Shown here: positions 25,898-39,619 of the stretch, piece after piece | Layout: every line of letters starts with the position of its first letter | How positions within the stretch are numbered: the stretch's first letter is position 1 | Notes under the pieces: model-generated | Databases searched by the model: none | What the model saw: only the letters and a program-made list of their open reading frames with translations | Told to the model about the DNA's origin: nothing | From: Octopus sinensis | Lineage: Eukaryota | DNA: 64,000 bases | Assembly (NCBI RefSeq): GCF_006345805.1 | Contig: NC_042998.1 | Coordinates: forward strand, 68,324,001-68,388,000 | Reading direction: 5' to 3' | Position numbers and translations under genes: made by a program

Positions 25898-26062
25898 ACA
25901 TGTGGCAAAAGAAATAAATGAGATACTTACTCGCACCCATGGAAGAAGCAAATACTAAATCATGGGCACAACTAAGTACCCCAAATACATCCAAAATAGA
26001 AATACTCCAGCCCATTCGAGGCACGTGCGATTTGAACTGAGGCTTCACATATATATATTATA

Positions 26063-26197
<135 letters not shown>

Positions 26198-26405
26198 TAA
26201 TATATAATATATATACATATATGATATATATATATATATATACATAGTATATATATATCTATATATATTATACATATTATAATATATATACATATATATA
26301 TATATATACATATATACATATATATACATATATATATATATATATACATATATACATATATATATATTTATATAAAATCGTTATTTCGGTTCTATTTTAA
26401 CTAAA

Positions 26406-26443
26406 CTGTCCGATGAACGGGAACGTGAAACTCTGAGTAACAG
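26406..26443 (+). ncRNA. Minimal type I hammerhead (family of 6603)
   Basis: CTGT-CCGATGA-ACG GGAA CGT-GAAA-CTC T GAG-TA-ACAG. Confidence 0.75.
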
Positions 26444-27063
26444 CTTTTGTTATATTTTCTGATGCTTTTAAATAAAGCATATTACTCTACCACTGGTATT
26501 TGAGTACTCTTGTTTCCACCTTGTTTCACATTTATGTGCTTACTCCGGTGTATATATATATATATAAGAGGGATGACCACTAAGTGGACATCCATATGCT
26601 AGAAGTCGACCCTTATGGTCTTACCACTAAGAAATGAATGTTCTCAAGAAAATTTAGCAAACGCCAGAACGTAAGTGAGCAAGACAAGTGAAAACCTTAG
26701 CGGGTCGACTTCTAGCATATCGATGTCCACTTAGTGGTCATCCTCTTATATATATGTAATACAATTTTTCTGAATCTTCCGATTTTTCTATATGCTAGAC
26801 CACTGGTTTTAAATTGATATTAATCAAATTAATATTCAACTTTTCACCCATTATTTTAAATCTAAATTTAACTAACTATGTTCTCTGACCGGCAAAATTC
26901 ACTGCAGAGAATTATTTTCTGCAGAATTATTTCCGGTATTTTGGCGCGCCAAAACGAAAACTTTTGAAATGTAACCCCAAATGTAAATGGTAGAACTATA
27001 TACATGTTCAATCTCATGCGGACGTCTCGTGTATAGTTCTTCAAATTATATTTTGCTATGACG

Positions 27064-27135
27064 ATCACACTGATGAGTTGCGAACATTCTACGTAAGTGA
27101 TTACGTAAGTAGTAACAACGAAACTGGTTTGTGAT
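27064..27135 (+). ncRNA. Type I hammerhead, apparently intact
   Basis: ATCACA-CTGATGA-GTTG..(TACGTAA/TTACGTA hairpin)..CAAC-GAAA-CTGG-TT-TGTGAT. Confidence 0.8.
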
Positions 27136-27401
27136 TAATCTTTATATTTTGTATCTTTTCATTTGTCTTGCTCGCTTATGTTCTGGCGTTTGCTAAATTT
27201 TCTTGAGAACATTCCTTTCTTAGTGGTAAGACCATGGGGGTGGGGGTGACTTCTAGCACATGGATGTCCACTTAGTGGTCATCCTTCTTATATATATAAA
27301 TGTAACACATTTTTTCTGAATCTTCATATTTTTCGATATGCTAGACCACTGGTTTTAAATTGATTTTGATCAAATTAATATTCAATTTTTCACCCTAATT
27401 A

Positions 27402-27491
<90 letters not shown>

Positions 27492-27769
27492 TGTTAATAT
27501 CAATCTGTGGATAAATTTTAAATTTGATGTTATCACCAGCAGTGACATAGATGGATCGCAGGCGCATAGCATTAAATAGCTATGAATTTTAAATTTTCAC
27601 TAAGCGTAAGGATGCTTAACAAGCATCCACCTGCTAGAAATAAGAGCTAAAGTCTTAAATTTATCCACCGTAACGCACCAAGATAGCAGAGAAAAACAGT
27701 ATGCGAGAAAAACAGAAAGGATTAAAACATTTAACAACACAAATAAAAATATTATGCAGTTAGGGATAT

Positions 27770-27824
27770 CCGCAAACCAGGTTTCGGCTATTGGGTATTT
27801 AAACCCTGAACCTTGTCAGTGTGG
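27770..27824 (-). ncRNA. Degenerate type I hammerhead
   Basis: CCACA-CTGACAA-GGTT..AGCC-GAAA-CCTGG-TT-TGCGG; the core G8 reads A. Confidence 0.6.
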
Positions 27825-28435
27825 CCTGCCGGGTAATAATCCATAACTGTCACGTTAAACTCTGACTGTGCAACTGGTTTTGTTTTGCGCCAAAATCAGA
27901 GCACATCGTGCATAAAATTTTATAAGCAAAACATTCAAACACTGAGATTTGAAATCAGATGTCACTACTGTTCATATCATCTGTGAATAAATTTTAAAAT
28001 TGATGATATCACCAGCAGTGGCATATCGTTGCTTTTTCAGAAGAAATAGTTTCATCATTCCATTTCTTTTTATATTAGCAACAGTTCCAGCTTAACAATA
28101 ATATTTTGTTGGTTGCATAAAATCGTAACTCCATGCATGTATGATATTTTCAGCCAGAAATATTTTTACAAAACTGCCGGATGTGAGACTTACTACACTT
28201 TTGAAAAATGCTAAACCGTTGTATTACACTTTGACAACTTTCATATCTTGCCATCTGAAGCAGCTAGAGATACGATAGTCTGACCAAAAGAACCGGCTAT
28301 TCCAAGCACAATTAAATATTGAAAAAAAAGAATGCATTTGGCCAATTTGGAAATACGGCAGTTTAACATAATAGCAACAATATATATGCATGTATATACC
28401 CATATATACACATACACATACATGTATATACCCAT

Positions 28436-28467
<32 letters not shown>

Positions 28468-28695
28468 GCACACACGCACACACACTTATCCAAACCTGTC
28501 CTTTTCCCTCAGTCAATCAGACTGTTTTTCCTCACTGAAATGTCAGTTTTCTAGAACTGGTTCTTCAGATTATCTCACCTTCTCAATAAAAGTTAGTTCG
28601 AATTGTCATCAAGCAATTGATCTACCCAGTCTGACAGCGTATATGTATCTATCGGTCTGTCTGTCTATCTGTTTCTCTCCCTTTCTTTCTGTCTG

Positions 28696-28748
<53 letters not shown>

Positions 28749-29402
28749 TCACAACTTTCACTCACTCTCTCTTCCTGTTTCTGTTGTACCTGTACTTCAA
28801 AGGGCCAACCTTGTCACACCCTGTGTCACGCTGAACCCCGAGAATTACGTTAAGGGTACACGTGTCTGTGGAGTGATCTTCCACTTAAACGTTAATTTCA
28901 CGAGCAGGCTGTTCCGTTGATCGGATCAAATGGAACCCTCGTCGTTGTCATAACCAACTGAGTGCCACAGAGATACTGTCATATAACCATTCCGCTTCGA
29001 AGAATCGAAAAAAGAATGTCTGCCTCTACATTTGTTCTAAATAATGAATGTAGAAATTTAAGTTAGAACGTAGAGATGAAATCTTTAAAGGTCATCTTTA
29101 TGGCTTTGGTTTAATTCCAACAAACAAATTAAACCAATAAAAAAAACAAAAAAATTGAAATTTAATTAAATTCTCAGTTTGTCGCAATTCTTTGGTTTCT
29201 AACTTGTTTCTTTCTGAGGTGTTTGTTTTTTCTTTTTATTTCATTTATTTATTTTCTCTCCCCGAAATCCGTGCTCTGAAATTAATCCAAGAAAACTTAT
29301 ATCAATTGCATCAATATAACATATCTAATGTGAACATATATATATATATATGTATATATATAATACACACACCATATCTATACGCACACACATATCTATA
29401 CG

Positions 29403-29434
<32 letters not shown>

Positions 29435-29528
29435 CACAAATACACACACGCACACACACACACATATATATATTCATATATAATAAATGTATAATAAATA
29501 CGTAGATACACACTCACACACACACACG

Positions 29529-29568
<40 letters not shown>

Positions 29569-29601
29569 AACACACTTATATACTGACATACATACATATA
29601 C

Positions 29602-29632
<31 letters not shown>

Positions 29633-30646
29633 GTTTTTTTTTTTTGTTTGTTTGTTTTTTGAGAAAGAGAAAGCGGGAGAGCGCGTGTGTTAGTTTGTAC
29701 GTGTGATTTCCTATTTCATAGGTTTTCAGAAACAGAAATTACTTCTGAAATGTTTGCTAAGCCAACATATCAAAGGTAAACCAATATAATTTATAAAATA
29801 CAAATTCAGCAGCTATCATCGTATTGTCGCTATCTGTGTATCATACTAAAGGCATACACGCCATTGAAAGGTATGATGCTGTGGTTCTTTTGCCTGAGAT
29901 AAAAAAAAATCTCTTTAAAGACATGGTTCTGTTAAAATAACAATATACATATCGGACCGAAGGGAACATCGATGCATTAGTGACACTTGAGAAGGAACGA
30001 GTTTTTCCCTACCTGGGGCCTTGTCAATTTTGTGCACCCATTTGTTTCGTGCTTCGACGAAATTCATGCTTTAATATATAAGAAACAGGGAATAATGCAT
30101 TCACTGATACAGTGGAAAGCTTGCTGAGTTGTAGTAAAAACACTGCATACGCAACAGAAGACAAAAATCGGTGTATGCAAGATATATATATATATATATA
30201 TAATTAAAAATGAGGGTGTCTAAAAGACACCAACATGCCGAAATAGCAGTCGAAATTCTGACTATAAAACCACGTTAAATGTTCATATTATGCTGTGCAT
30301 ATATATATCTGTATTATGCTGTGCATATATATATCTGTATTTATGTACCCTTGATATATTCAATTGATGACGGTAAAGCTTATTTAAAGCAGAACCAGAA
30401 ATCCTTGGATCTTGAATTATTCAATAATTTTTGCTTGTATGTTTTGGTCCCTCCGCTTTACCTCATGGTGCGATATGAACATTTAACGTGGTTTTATAGT
30501 CAGAATTTCGACTGCTATTTCGGCATGTTGGTGTCTTTTAGACACCCTCATTTTTAATTGTTAAAAATTTTTTTACCTTTGTAAGGTATTTTTTTCATGC
30601 TGGCCACTTGATAATTTGATACTTAAATATCGATATTATCCTCTAT

Positions 30647-30697
<51 letters not shown>

Positions 30698-31296
30698 TGT
30701 TTCAGTCATTTGACTGCGACCATGCTGGAGCACTGCGTTTAGTTGAACAAATCTACCCCAGGACTTATTTTTTGTAATACAGTTCTATATTTAAGAGATG
30801 AGGAATTATGTACATTATTTACAGTGACCTGAATGATGATGATGATGATGATGATGATGTCACAATGCGCTTCACATCGTTTTTACCTTTCGAACAATGC
30901 CACCCCGCTGGCTAAGCGAGCAGGCCAACGTTCCCTGGTTGGCTACTACATATATCTGTGTGTTTGTGTGTGTGTGTGTGGCGTATGTATATGTGTGGGT
31001 ATATGTGTGTATATGTGTGTATATGTATGTATGGGTATGTGTACATGTATGTGTGTGCGTACGTACGTAGGTACGTATGTATGTATGTATGTATTATGTA
31101 TGTATGTATGTATGTATGTATATACGTATGTATATGCATAGATAGTGAGAGATACTGGCTGAACTCATTTGAAACAGCATAAAATGAAAATTAAAATGTC
31201 TGTCTGTGTATCGTTTAAATGTATATAAATTGGTGAAAGACATGATTCTGTGACTTATCAAGCCACAAGTAGGGCGTAACGCGTCTGTCGTAAAGA

Positions 31297-31331
<35 letters not shown>

Positions 31332-31332
<1 letters not shown>

Positions 31333-32314
31333 TAGCATTATGACCCGGCGTTGCCGGGTCATAGTGCTAGTTTGGTATAAATTTGTGGTAATAAAACATA
31401 CAATGACATATTAAAAAAACGAATTAAAATTCCAGAGAAAAATACATAGAAGACAAATATACAAATTTACAAAAATACATAAAAGTTCATAAAAGTTTCA
31501 GAGATGCATCAATTAATATGAAGCATATTATATATTTAAAATTGACACTCCCCTCGTCAGGATGTTTTTTACACACAACACATAGTACACGGAAACAAAT
31601 GCACAATTACATACCTGCTACATGCGAAAGACCAGACATTACGTACTCCCAAAAATTTTCCTAGATACTGAATGCTACTTTATAAGCATATAATTCAATC
31701 TAGCAGCTATAGCAAATGGTATGAGCACATGTCCATCTGGACTAATTCACTTCTGCACACAATTAAATTTTTCATCTTTTAATTTCTCTCATTCATGCAA
31801 AGCCACATATTCGAGTTCAAGTCATTGATACATTTATACTAATTGCTATTTTTTTCTTTTAATTGTTATATAACAATTTTAATTACCATTTTAATAAAAT
31901 AATATATTTAATTACTACTTACTATATTTACTATTTTAATTCAATTGTTATTATTACCTCTAACTTTTATTGCAATTTTTTTCTAAATTTCTTGGAACGT
32001 CGAGTGGATCTTATACGTACAATATATTTTTATATGATGTTTATATATTTATATATTAGTATATATTTCTAAACGTCGGTCTTTATGTCTGTTCTGTAGA
32101 TATAAATGAATATATGAATATATGTATGTGTTTGATCTTTCTGTGGATTTTGTAGTGCTTTTGTAGTTGCTGCTCGCATTGCATCCCCTCGGATTAAAAA
32201 GTGTATACAGCTCATTTGAGCACTACTGTTCCAGTCTGTTATATATTTTGAGCGTTGTTGTCACTAACGCTCTCAAGATATAACTTTATATTTTGTAATA
32301 TATGTATATATATG

Positions 32315-32374
<60 letters not shown>

Positions 32375-32936
32375 ATAATATATATATATATATTATATAT
32401 ATCTATATATATATATATATATATATACATGCATATATATGTATACTGGCCTGCTCGCTTAGCTAGCGGGGTGGCGTCATTTGAAGGCTAAAACAATGCG
32501 AAGCGCATTGTGACCAGCGATGTGTAGCAACATCTGATAGTCTGGTCGGTCACGGTGATCACGGTGATATATATATATATACATCCATATACATACAATA
32601 GAGAGATGTTTTTGTTTCACTTTTAACACGTAATACTGAAATAGTGGAGAAGATATGATACTGCTGTGGGCTCGCTCTAGGCAAGAAGTTAAACATTTTT
32701 TTGACCCATGATACTACATGGACCCTAAGTAAGGCATGTGTAAAATTTGAATGAAACTAGTTCTGTAGTTCTTAAGTTTTAGGGAATCAGAGTGGAGAAT
32801 ATGATATTACTGTGGGCTCGCCCTAGGCAAAAAGTTCAAATTTTTTTTTGCCGATGACACTCCCCAGACCCTAAGTAAGGCATGTGCGAAATTTGAATGA
32901 AATTGGTTGCGTAGTTATCAAGTTTTAAGGAAACAC

Positions 32937-32976
<40 letters not shown>

Positions 32977-33006
32977 CACATTCTCAGTTTTATATATATA
33001 GAGAGA
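31332..33006 (-). mobile_element. Non-autonomous Helitron
   Basis: 5' A|TCTCTCTATATATATAAAACTGAG at 33006; 3' hairpin+CTAG|T at 31332; two ~150-bp internal tandem units at 32640-32940. That both ends belong to one element is inferred. Confidence 0.6.
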
Positions 33007-33289
33007 TATATATCGTTGCTATCATGCAAAAGTATCGTAAGTCCAAAATGTTGCTTTTTCACAAAAAGAAAAAATAGTTTCACAATTCCATAGCAAAACC
33101 GCTGTACTACACTCACTTTGACGACTTTTGATACCTTTGCATCAGAAGCAGCTGGAGATACGACAGGAATTTCAACCATGTTTCGTGGTCTGCTACCACA
33201 ACAGCTCCTTTATAGGATCCAGTTAACTCAAGACATTGTCAGGAGGAACCACGTCCGGTTTCGGACCCTACTCCTCTACCGTTTGACGT

Positions 33290-34500
33290 GGCGGGGCCTC
33301 CTTTTTTGGAGGTGTCTTCAGCTTTGGTGTTGGGTTCATGTCTTCTTTCTTCTTCTCTCTTTTGTTCCCTGGCCTTTTCGATGTAGCTTCAACGAGGGTC
33401 AGTGGGCGACTGACTGCCTTGTTAATTTTTTTTGCAGCAAGTTGTCACGTGACACTGTCTCAACTCTAACTGACCAATGAAGGCGCGTAGTCTTAGCACA
33501 CGCATTTTCTAAACGAGCGTCAGCTGTCAGTCAGCGAAGCTGATTCAGTGTCAGATTGTCTCACCTAGTGATGTTAATTTCCGCCGGCATGTTATGACTT
33601 TCAAGCCATTTTTGGTCTTCCCGCTTCAGCCATATATAGAAGCTGGCTTTTTTGACCGCCTCCTGTACTCTCATTAGTTTTCGCAGCTCCGAGCTAAAAC
33701 AAAACAAATCTTCTTTTGAATAACGTTGTCATTTTTCTTTCAATGAAGCCCCTATCCCCCACTGCCAGGTGGTAATACTCGACATTCCATCCCTGTTCTC
33801 TGCACTCTTCGATTAGTTTTTCGTACCTCTTCTCTTTTCGTTTCTCTGCATTGCCGATGTTCTCTTCCCATGGCACTGTCAGTTCTAGCAAAATTCCTAT
33901 TCTCCGTTCTCTGTCAAATAGGACTAAATATGATCTTTTTGTCGTTTTTATTAGTGGAAATATTACTTGTCTTTCGAAATCCGTGGCCACCTCGAAATCC
34001 GTGGCCCTTCCATCTTTCGTCTGTCTCGTATATTTTATTTGTAGGCCTGGTTTTATATCCTTTTCCCTCCTTCTGGAAGTATACTTTCCAGCGCTTTTCC
34101 ACTTTTGGGTACTCTCCCCTATCGTACCTCTCAATCTTCTCCTTTGAGTGCTGCGCTTATGATGCCAAGGACTTGATTATGACGCCATGTATACCTTTCT
34201 AATGCTAGTCTGCAGTTTGACAGAACATGTCTAACCGTCGCTTTCTCTCCGCATAGACACTCATCGGTTGTTTTTATGTTCCACCGGACTAAGTTCGCCA
34301 GTGATGGTAGAACGTCAAAGGTAGACTTGATCAGGAAGAATGTTCTTGCTTGTTTCCAAGCCCAAAGTTCCTTCCATGATATTCTGTGGGTGATCACATA
34401 TTCCTCCCATCTCAGGCACTATCCCTGATGACTACATTGCACCAAATGTACATTGGCCTTTCTTCTTCCTCCTTTCTCACTTCGTATACCACAGCCTCTT
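33290..34500 (-). mobile_element. HERO-clade RLE non-LTR retrotransposon 3' remnant
   Basis: ISWKELW, CLCGEKATVRHVLSNC...RYTWRHNQVL, LLELTVPWEENI..AEKRKEKRYEKL and KASFYIWLKRED, followed by a 3' UTR. Confidence 0.88.
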
Positions 34501-34671
34501 TCATCTCTTTTACACTGCTATTGCAAAATGGCCTGACATTGTGCGACCTTCGGCTATTGCAAGCAGAAATGAATATTGAAAAAACGGAATTTGGTCAAAT
34601 TTGGACATACGACAGCTTAACATAATAGTAATGATATAACCGTTCATATATATATATTAATGATATAACCT

Positions 34672-34717
<46 letters not shown>

Positions 34718-34724
34718 TATATAA

Positions 34725-35935
34725 CACTCTTTACTCGTTTACTCTTTTACTTGTTTCAATCATTTGACTGTGGCTATACTGGAGCACCACCTTTGGTCGA
34801 GCAAATCGACCCCGTGATTTATTCTTTGGATGCCAAGTACTTATTCTATCGCCTCTTTTGCTGAACCGCTAAGTTACGGGGACATAAACACACCACCATC
34901 GGTTGTCAAGCGATGTTGGGGGGGACAAACACAGACACACAAACAAAGATACACACACACATATATGTATACACGCATCCCTTTCTGAGTAAGATTGTTC
35001 TTAATATCAATTAATGCGCACTCTTAACCTTTCTCTCCCCTCCCTTTCTCAGCCTTCATTATTTGGGTTTTCCTTTTCTTCCACTTATGTCTCTCTCTCC
35101 CTCTCTCTCTCATTCTTCATTCTTTTCTTTTTCTCTACCAACATTCCCCTTCTTTTCTCTCCCCTTCTCTTACTCCTTCTCCTCCCTCCCGTCGCGGTCA
35201 CGTGATGAGACGGCTATTTCTGTCTTTTCTTTCTTGGACTCCGTCAAGTAGAGACGTTAATCTGTTCTCTCTCGCGTCTCAAACAATAGCGTTCGTAAAA
35301 AATTTTTATCTCGTTTGGCTTAACAGCCCTTCTTGTTTGTGCTACTGCTATTCTCCGTGTCCTGTCTTTTACTGTTTATATTTTGTACTGTCGTTACTAT
35401 CCTGTTTTTGTTACCATTTTTACCCCTCCGAAAAAAAATCTCAAATTTTATTTAATTTGATTTTCGCGGGAAGGAAAATTTCATTGAAGACATGTATCGC
35501 CTTGACCTTCGAAACGTGGAGTAGATGAAATTAAGGCGAATTTTCCTTGTTTTGTATGTCCTATACTCTATTTTTTCGTTGTTTTAAAAAAATGTCCATT
35601 TCCTTGGTTTTGTGTTTATGTTTTCGTTTCTCATTGTGTTCGACATTTTTTTGGTGTTCTGTACCCATATATGCATGTATATATACATGTAGAGGTAGGT
35701 ACGTACATATATGTATGTATATATGCATATATTTATTTATTATTATTTATTTATATATATATAATATATTATTATATATATATATATATATATACGATGG
35801 GCTTCTTTCAGTTTCCGTCTATCAAATCTATTACAAAGCTTCGGTCGACTCGAGGCTATACTAGAAACTCTTGCCTAAGGTGCCACGCAATACTCAAAAC
35901 AAGCTACTTACCACACAGCCACTACTACGCCTACG
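34725..35935 (-). mobile_element. SINE family A halves separated by ~830 bp
   Basis: 3' half at ~34725-34960 and 5' half at ~35795-35935, same strand and correct order. Confidence 0.55.
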
Positions 35936-36888
35936 TACATACGTTTTTTTGTGGATATATTGGTTTAAATATAAATTCCATTATTAAAGTTTATATTCAA
36001 TAGTTACGGACCTACGTTGTTTTATTCCCATGTCGTAAGCGACTGATGTTTGTTTGAGAGTTAAAATGATATGCCATTCCGCTGGTTCAGATTTAGTTCG
36101 TTTTAATTATGTTTTCATGTTTTAAGTTCGTTTGTGAATATTCTCATTACGATGTCGGTTTTTAGTTAATTTCATGTTATCTATTTTCTTTTACATAAAA
36201 ATTTTTGATTAAATATATCTTCCACATTTGATGTATATATTTAATAGATTTTGGTCTACATTGGCTTATTCCCAAGTCGTGTTGCTCTAAGATGATTGAA
36301 GCTTTAAAACGATATGTAATTCCGCTAGGTCAGTATGTTTAGTTCGTTCTAATTATGTTTTCGTGTTTTATATATGTTATAAATTGTCTTTAACGCTATC
36401 GACGTCACAGAGTTGACTGGTACTGCCCCTGTGTCGAAACCGTAATGATATCTGTTAGATCGTTGTTGATAATGGATGCATACATTTTCAGTGCTTATTT
36501 ATTGTGAACATTTTGTATCTTGTGTTCTGGTACTAACTCATCTAGCATTAAAATTCTAATTCTTAGAGTTAAACTTATTTAGGTGTTTCTAGTTTATGTC
36601 AGTTTTGTTGCCCTATATGCGTGTGCATGTATGCATAAATTCCATCCAAGGATCATTATTCTTATTACTGTATTTATCGCACATTATATCGACACAGCTC
36701 ACTGTGACCGCAAACAACTGGTATCATCAGTTGGCATCTTTGGGTTGTAACCGGTAGAATAAAATAAGAGCTTTTAAATGCATATTCAAAACGCTCCCAA
36801 TACAGGAACTTAACGGATATATATATATATATACTTTATTTAAAGCCGTTCATCAGACAGTTCATCAGACAGTTTTTGCTAGCAAAAA

Positions 36889-36926
36889 CTGTCTGATGAA
36901 CGGCAACGAGAAACTCAGAGTAACAG
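36889..36926 (+). ncRNA. Minimal type I hammerhead (family of 6603)
   Basis: CTGT-CTGATGA-ACG GCAA CGA-GAAA-CTC A GAG-TA-ACAG; the stem II closing pair is mismatched. Confidence 0.7.
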
Positions 36927-38793
36927 ATTTTGTTGAATTTTCTGCTGCTTTAAATAAAGCATATTACTCTACCACTGGTATTTGAGTACTCTTTTTTCCA
37001 CCTTGTTTCCCATTTATGTGTTTAATCCGGTATATATATACAGAGAGAGAGAATGACTTTAAAACACCAATGATCTACTTATAACTGTTATTATTGCTCC
37101 ATTTCATATCTTTCTTTATATATATTAAACCACGGTTTTACCTTTTAAATTACCTACTACCGTATACCTTATGTAAAGGACCATACATTCTGGGGCAATG
37201 CACTAGGATTGCCTTTGGATACATCTATCCCTTAGATGGTTACATTACCTCTAACATATCTTACACAATATATACATACATATATATATATATATATTTA
37301 TATAGTCCACACATGAGATCCAGGGATTCTCTGAATAGAAGACAGCAGTAGTAAAAAAAATTCAAACTGAGCCTCCGAAGTCTTTACAGGGGATTGATTT
37401 CACAGAGTAAAGAGTGGCTGTAAGAGGGACGAAGTTGAGTGGATGCAGAGGCAATTATGCAGAGAAACACATCAGATATATTAAATATAAGATATTAGTT
37501 AGGGCATGAAGCACAAAATATGTACATAAATATATGTGAAAAACGAGAGAAAGCAAAAGTGTGGAGACTTTAAGTATAGATATACTGATATTTATTTATA
37601 TTAATAGCTCCAACTTACACAGAGTTCAAACGACATAGAAAATCAAAGGGGTGAAAGAAAGGTGTTACAAATTCAACAGCTGTTTCTGTGGGTTTGGAGA
37701 TCCATTATAATGTTGGTAGATGTAATTCATTTCGATATGCGGTTATAATGGATATAATCAACAAAGGATAAGACGCGCCCCCCACCCATTTAATTTTCTC
37801 TGTCGTTTCTATTCTGTGTCATTTGGATCTATTAATATAAATATCAATTTTTTTTTATGTCTTGCAAACAACTTGCTCATGCAAGTGCAACCAGTTAAAA
37901 TCTCCGTATACCGGAAGCTAGCAAGTGTATGGGGGGTCACCATATTTTGCTTTCCCTCGTTTTTCATGTATATATAAATACATTTTTGTGTTTCATGCAC
38001 AAACTATAATATATATTATTCTTTTGTTCTTATCTTCTTTTACTTGTTTCAGCCATTTGACTGCGGCCATGCTGGAGCACCGCCTTTAGTCGAACAAGCC
38101 TAATACTTATTTCATCGGTCTCTTTGACCGAACCGCGAAGTTACAGGGAGGTAAACACACCAACATCGGTTGTCAAGCGATGATGGGGGGGCATGTATAA
38201 TAAATTGTTTACATGCCTGCGCTAATATGCATGCTATGCATTATACAACAAAATTGTATACTTACAAAACGGTCCCGATAAAGGAAGTTAGCTCATCAAA
38301 TCATTAGTACATCATGGCTACGCTACCCTCTCCCACACACCCCACCTCTACCCCCAACCTCTGCCTACCCACAAACCCCACCTCTACCCCTACCCTCTGC
38401 CTACCCACATACCCCAACCCTCAGCCTAACCCACACCCCACCTGTGCTTCCCCACTCTCGCCTCCCCCACCTCCAAACAACATCACACCACACCACACTA
38501 CACCATACCACACTACACATCACAACACACCACCCACATACCAGCACTGACCAATTCCCATCCCCACATTTCACACCTACACATACACACACGCACACGT
38601 CAAGACCACCAGAACCTCTTTCACACGCACATACGTACTCTCTTATACACACCTTCGTTTTGGGGGTCATCTTTACTTTGCTATCTCCTCTACTTCTTCG
38701 ATCGCCTGTGTGACCCTTCTGTCCGGCAGTCGCCATGATAGATCGGTAGCCACTACACACATTTTTTTTCTCTCCTTGTTTCTTTCTGTGTTC

Positions 38794-38829
38794 CTTTCTG
38801 TAGAAGAGCGTAGGCTCGAAACGCAAAAG
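38794..38829 (+). ncRNA. Hammerhead-like motif with variant core
   Basis: CTTT-CTGTAGA-A-GAGC GTAG GCTC-GAAA-CG-CA-AAAG. Confidence 0.5.
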
Positions 38830-38919
38830 ACTTTTTCAATTCCTGAGCGTTATACTAATACATCTGTTTGTTGTCTACACCACCTGTCTTCGTTTTGTTG
38901 TTTTTTTCGTGAACTCTCC

Positions 38920-38989
<70 letters not shown>

Positions 38990-39210
38990 CTATATACATA
39001 AATATATATATATTTATCTATATGTGGTGTACATATTTATACACACACACACATATATATAGAGGAGTAATGATTATTTGCCAACATAATGTGGCAGTCC
39101 TGGTTAGGATGAATGTTACTGTTATATAACCCTAGGAAACATCGTCTCCAGCTGGCTATACGACACACTATCTGTGTCCTTTAGCATCACCAATCAGCAC
39201 AAAGCAATAC

Positions 39211-39252
39211 GTGCGTACCGCGGTTTCTGAGTTATTTCACTTCGTCAGCACA
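39211..39252 (-). ncRNA. Hammerhead-like motif (family of 55696)
   Basis: TGTG-CTGACGA-(weak stem II)-GAAA-CCGCGG-TA-CGCA. The flank 39075-39180 is homologous to 55535-55640. Confidence 0.55.
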
Positions 39253-39619
39253 GAGTAACTGCTCGGTTAGAGATTGCGCTGCTAAACTCTTGATCGGAAT
39301 ATATAATTCTGAAAGTGACACATGTATATATAGAGAGATATTATATACATATATGTATGTATGTGTGTGTATGTACGTATGTATACATGCATGGATGTAT
39401 GATAGCATAAATAATAAAGTTTGGCAAGTGCCTGATGGGGAGGCACTCCACACTATTCAGCTACGGATAAAGTGATACAGCACCTGTGTAATTTATCGCG
39501 CTATAATCAACTATACTCCATGTGGTTTGAAGCGAGGAGGTACTGAATCAGTTGTAACCAATATTAAATGTATGCTACGTTTGTATGTTCATCTTTTGAC
39601 TTGTCATATCCATTTGTCA

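Noticed and set aside
35470-35530. TTGAAGA...GAAACGTG hammerhead-like string
   Set aside because: No stem II pairing and no valid NUH site with an adjacent stem I.
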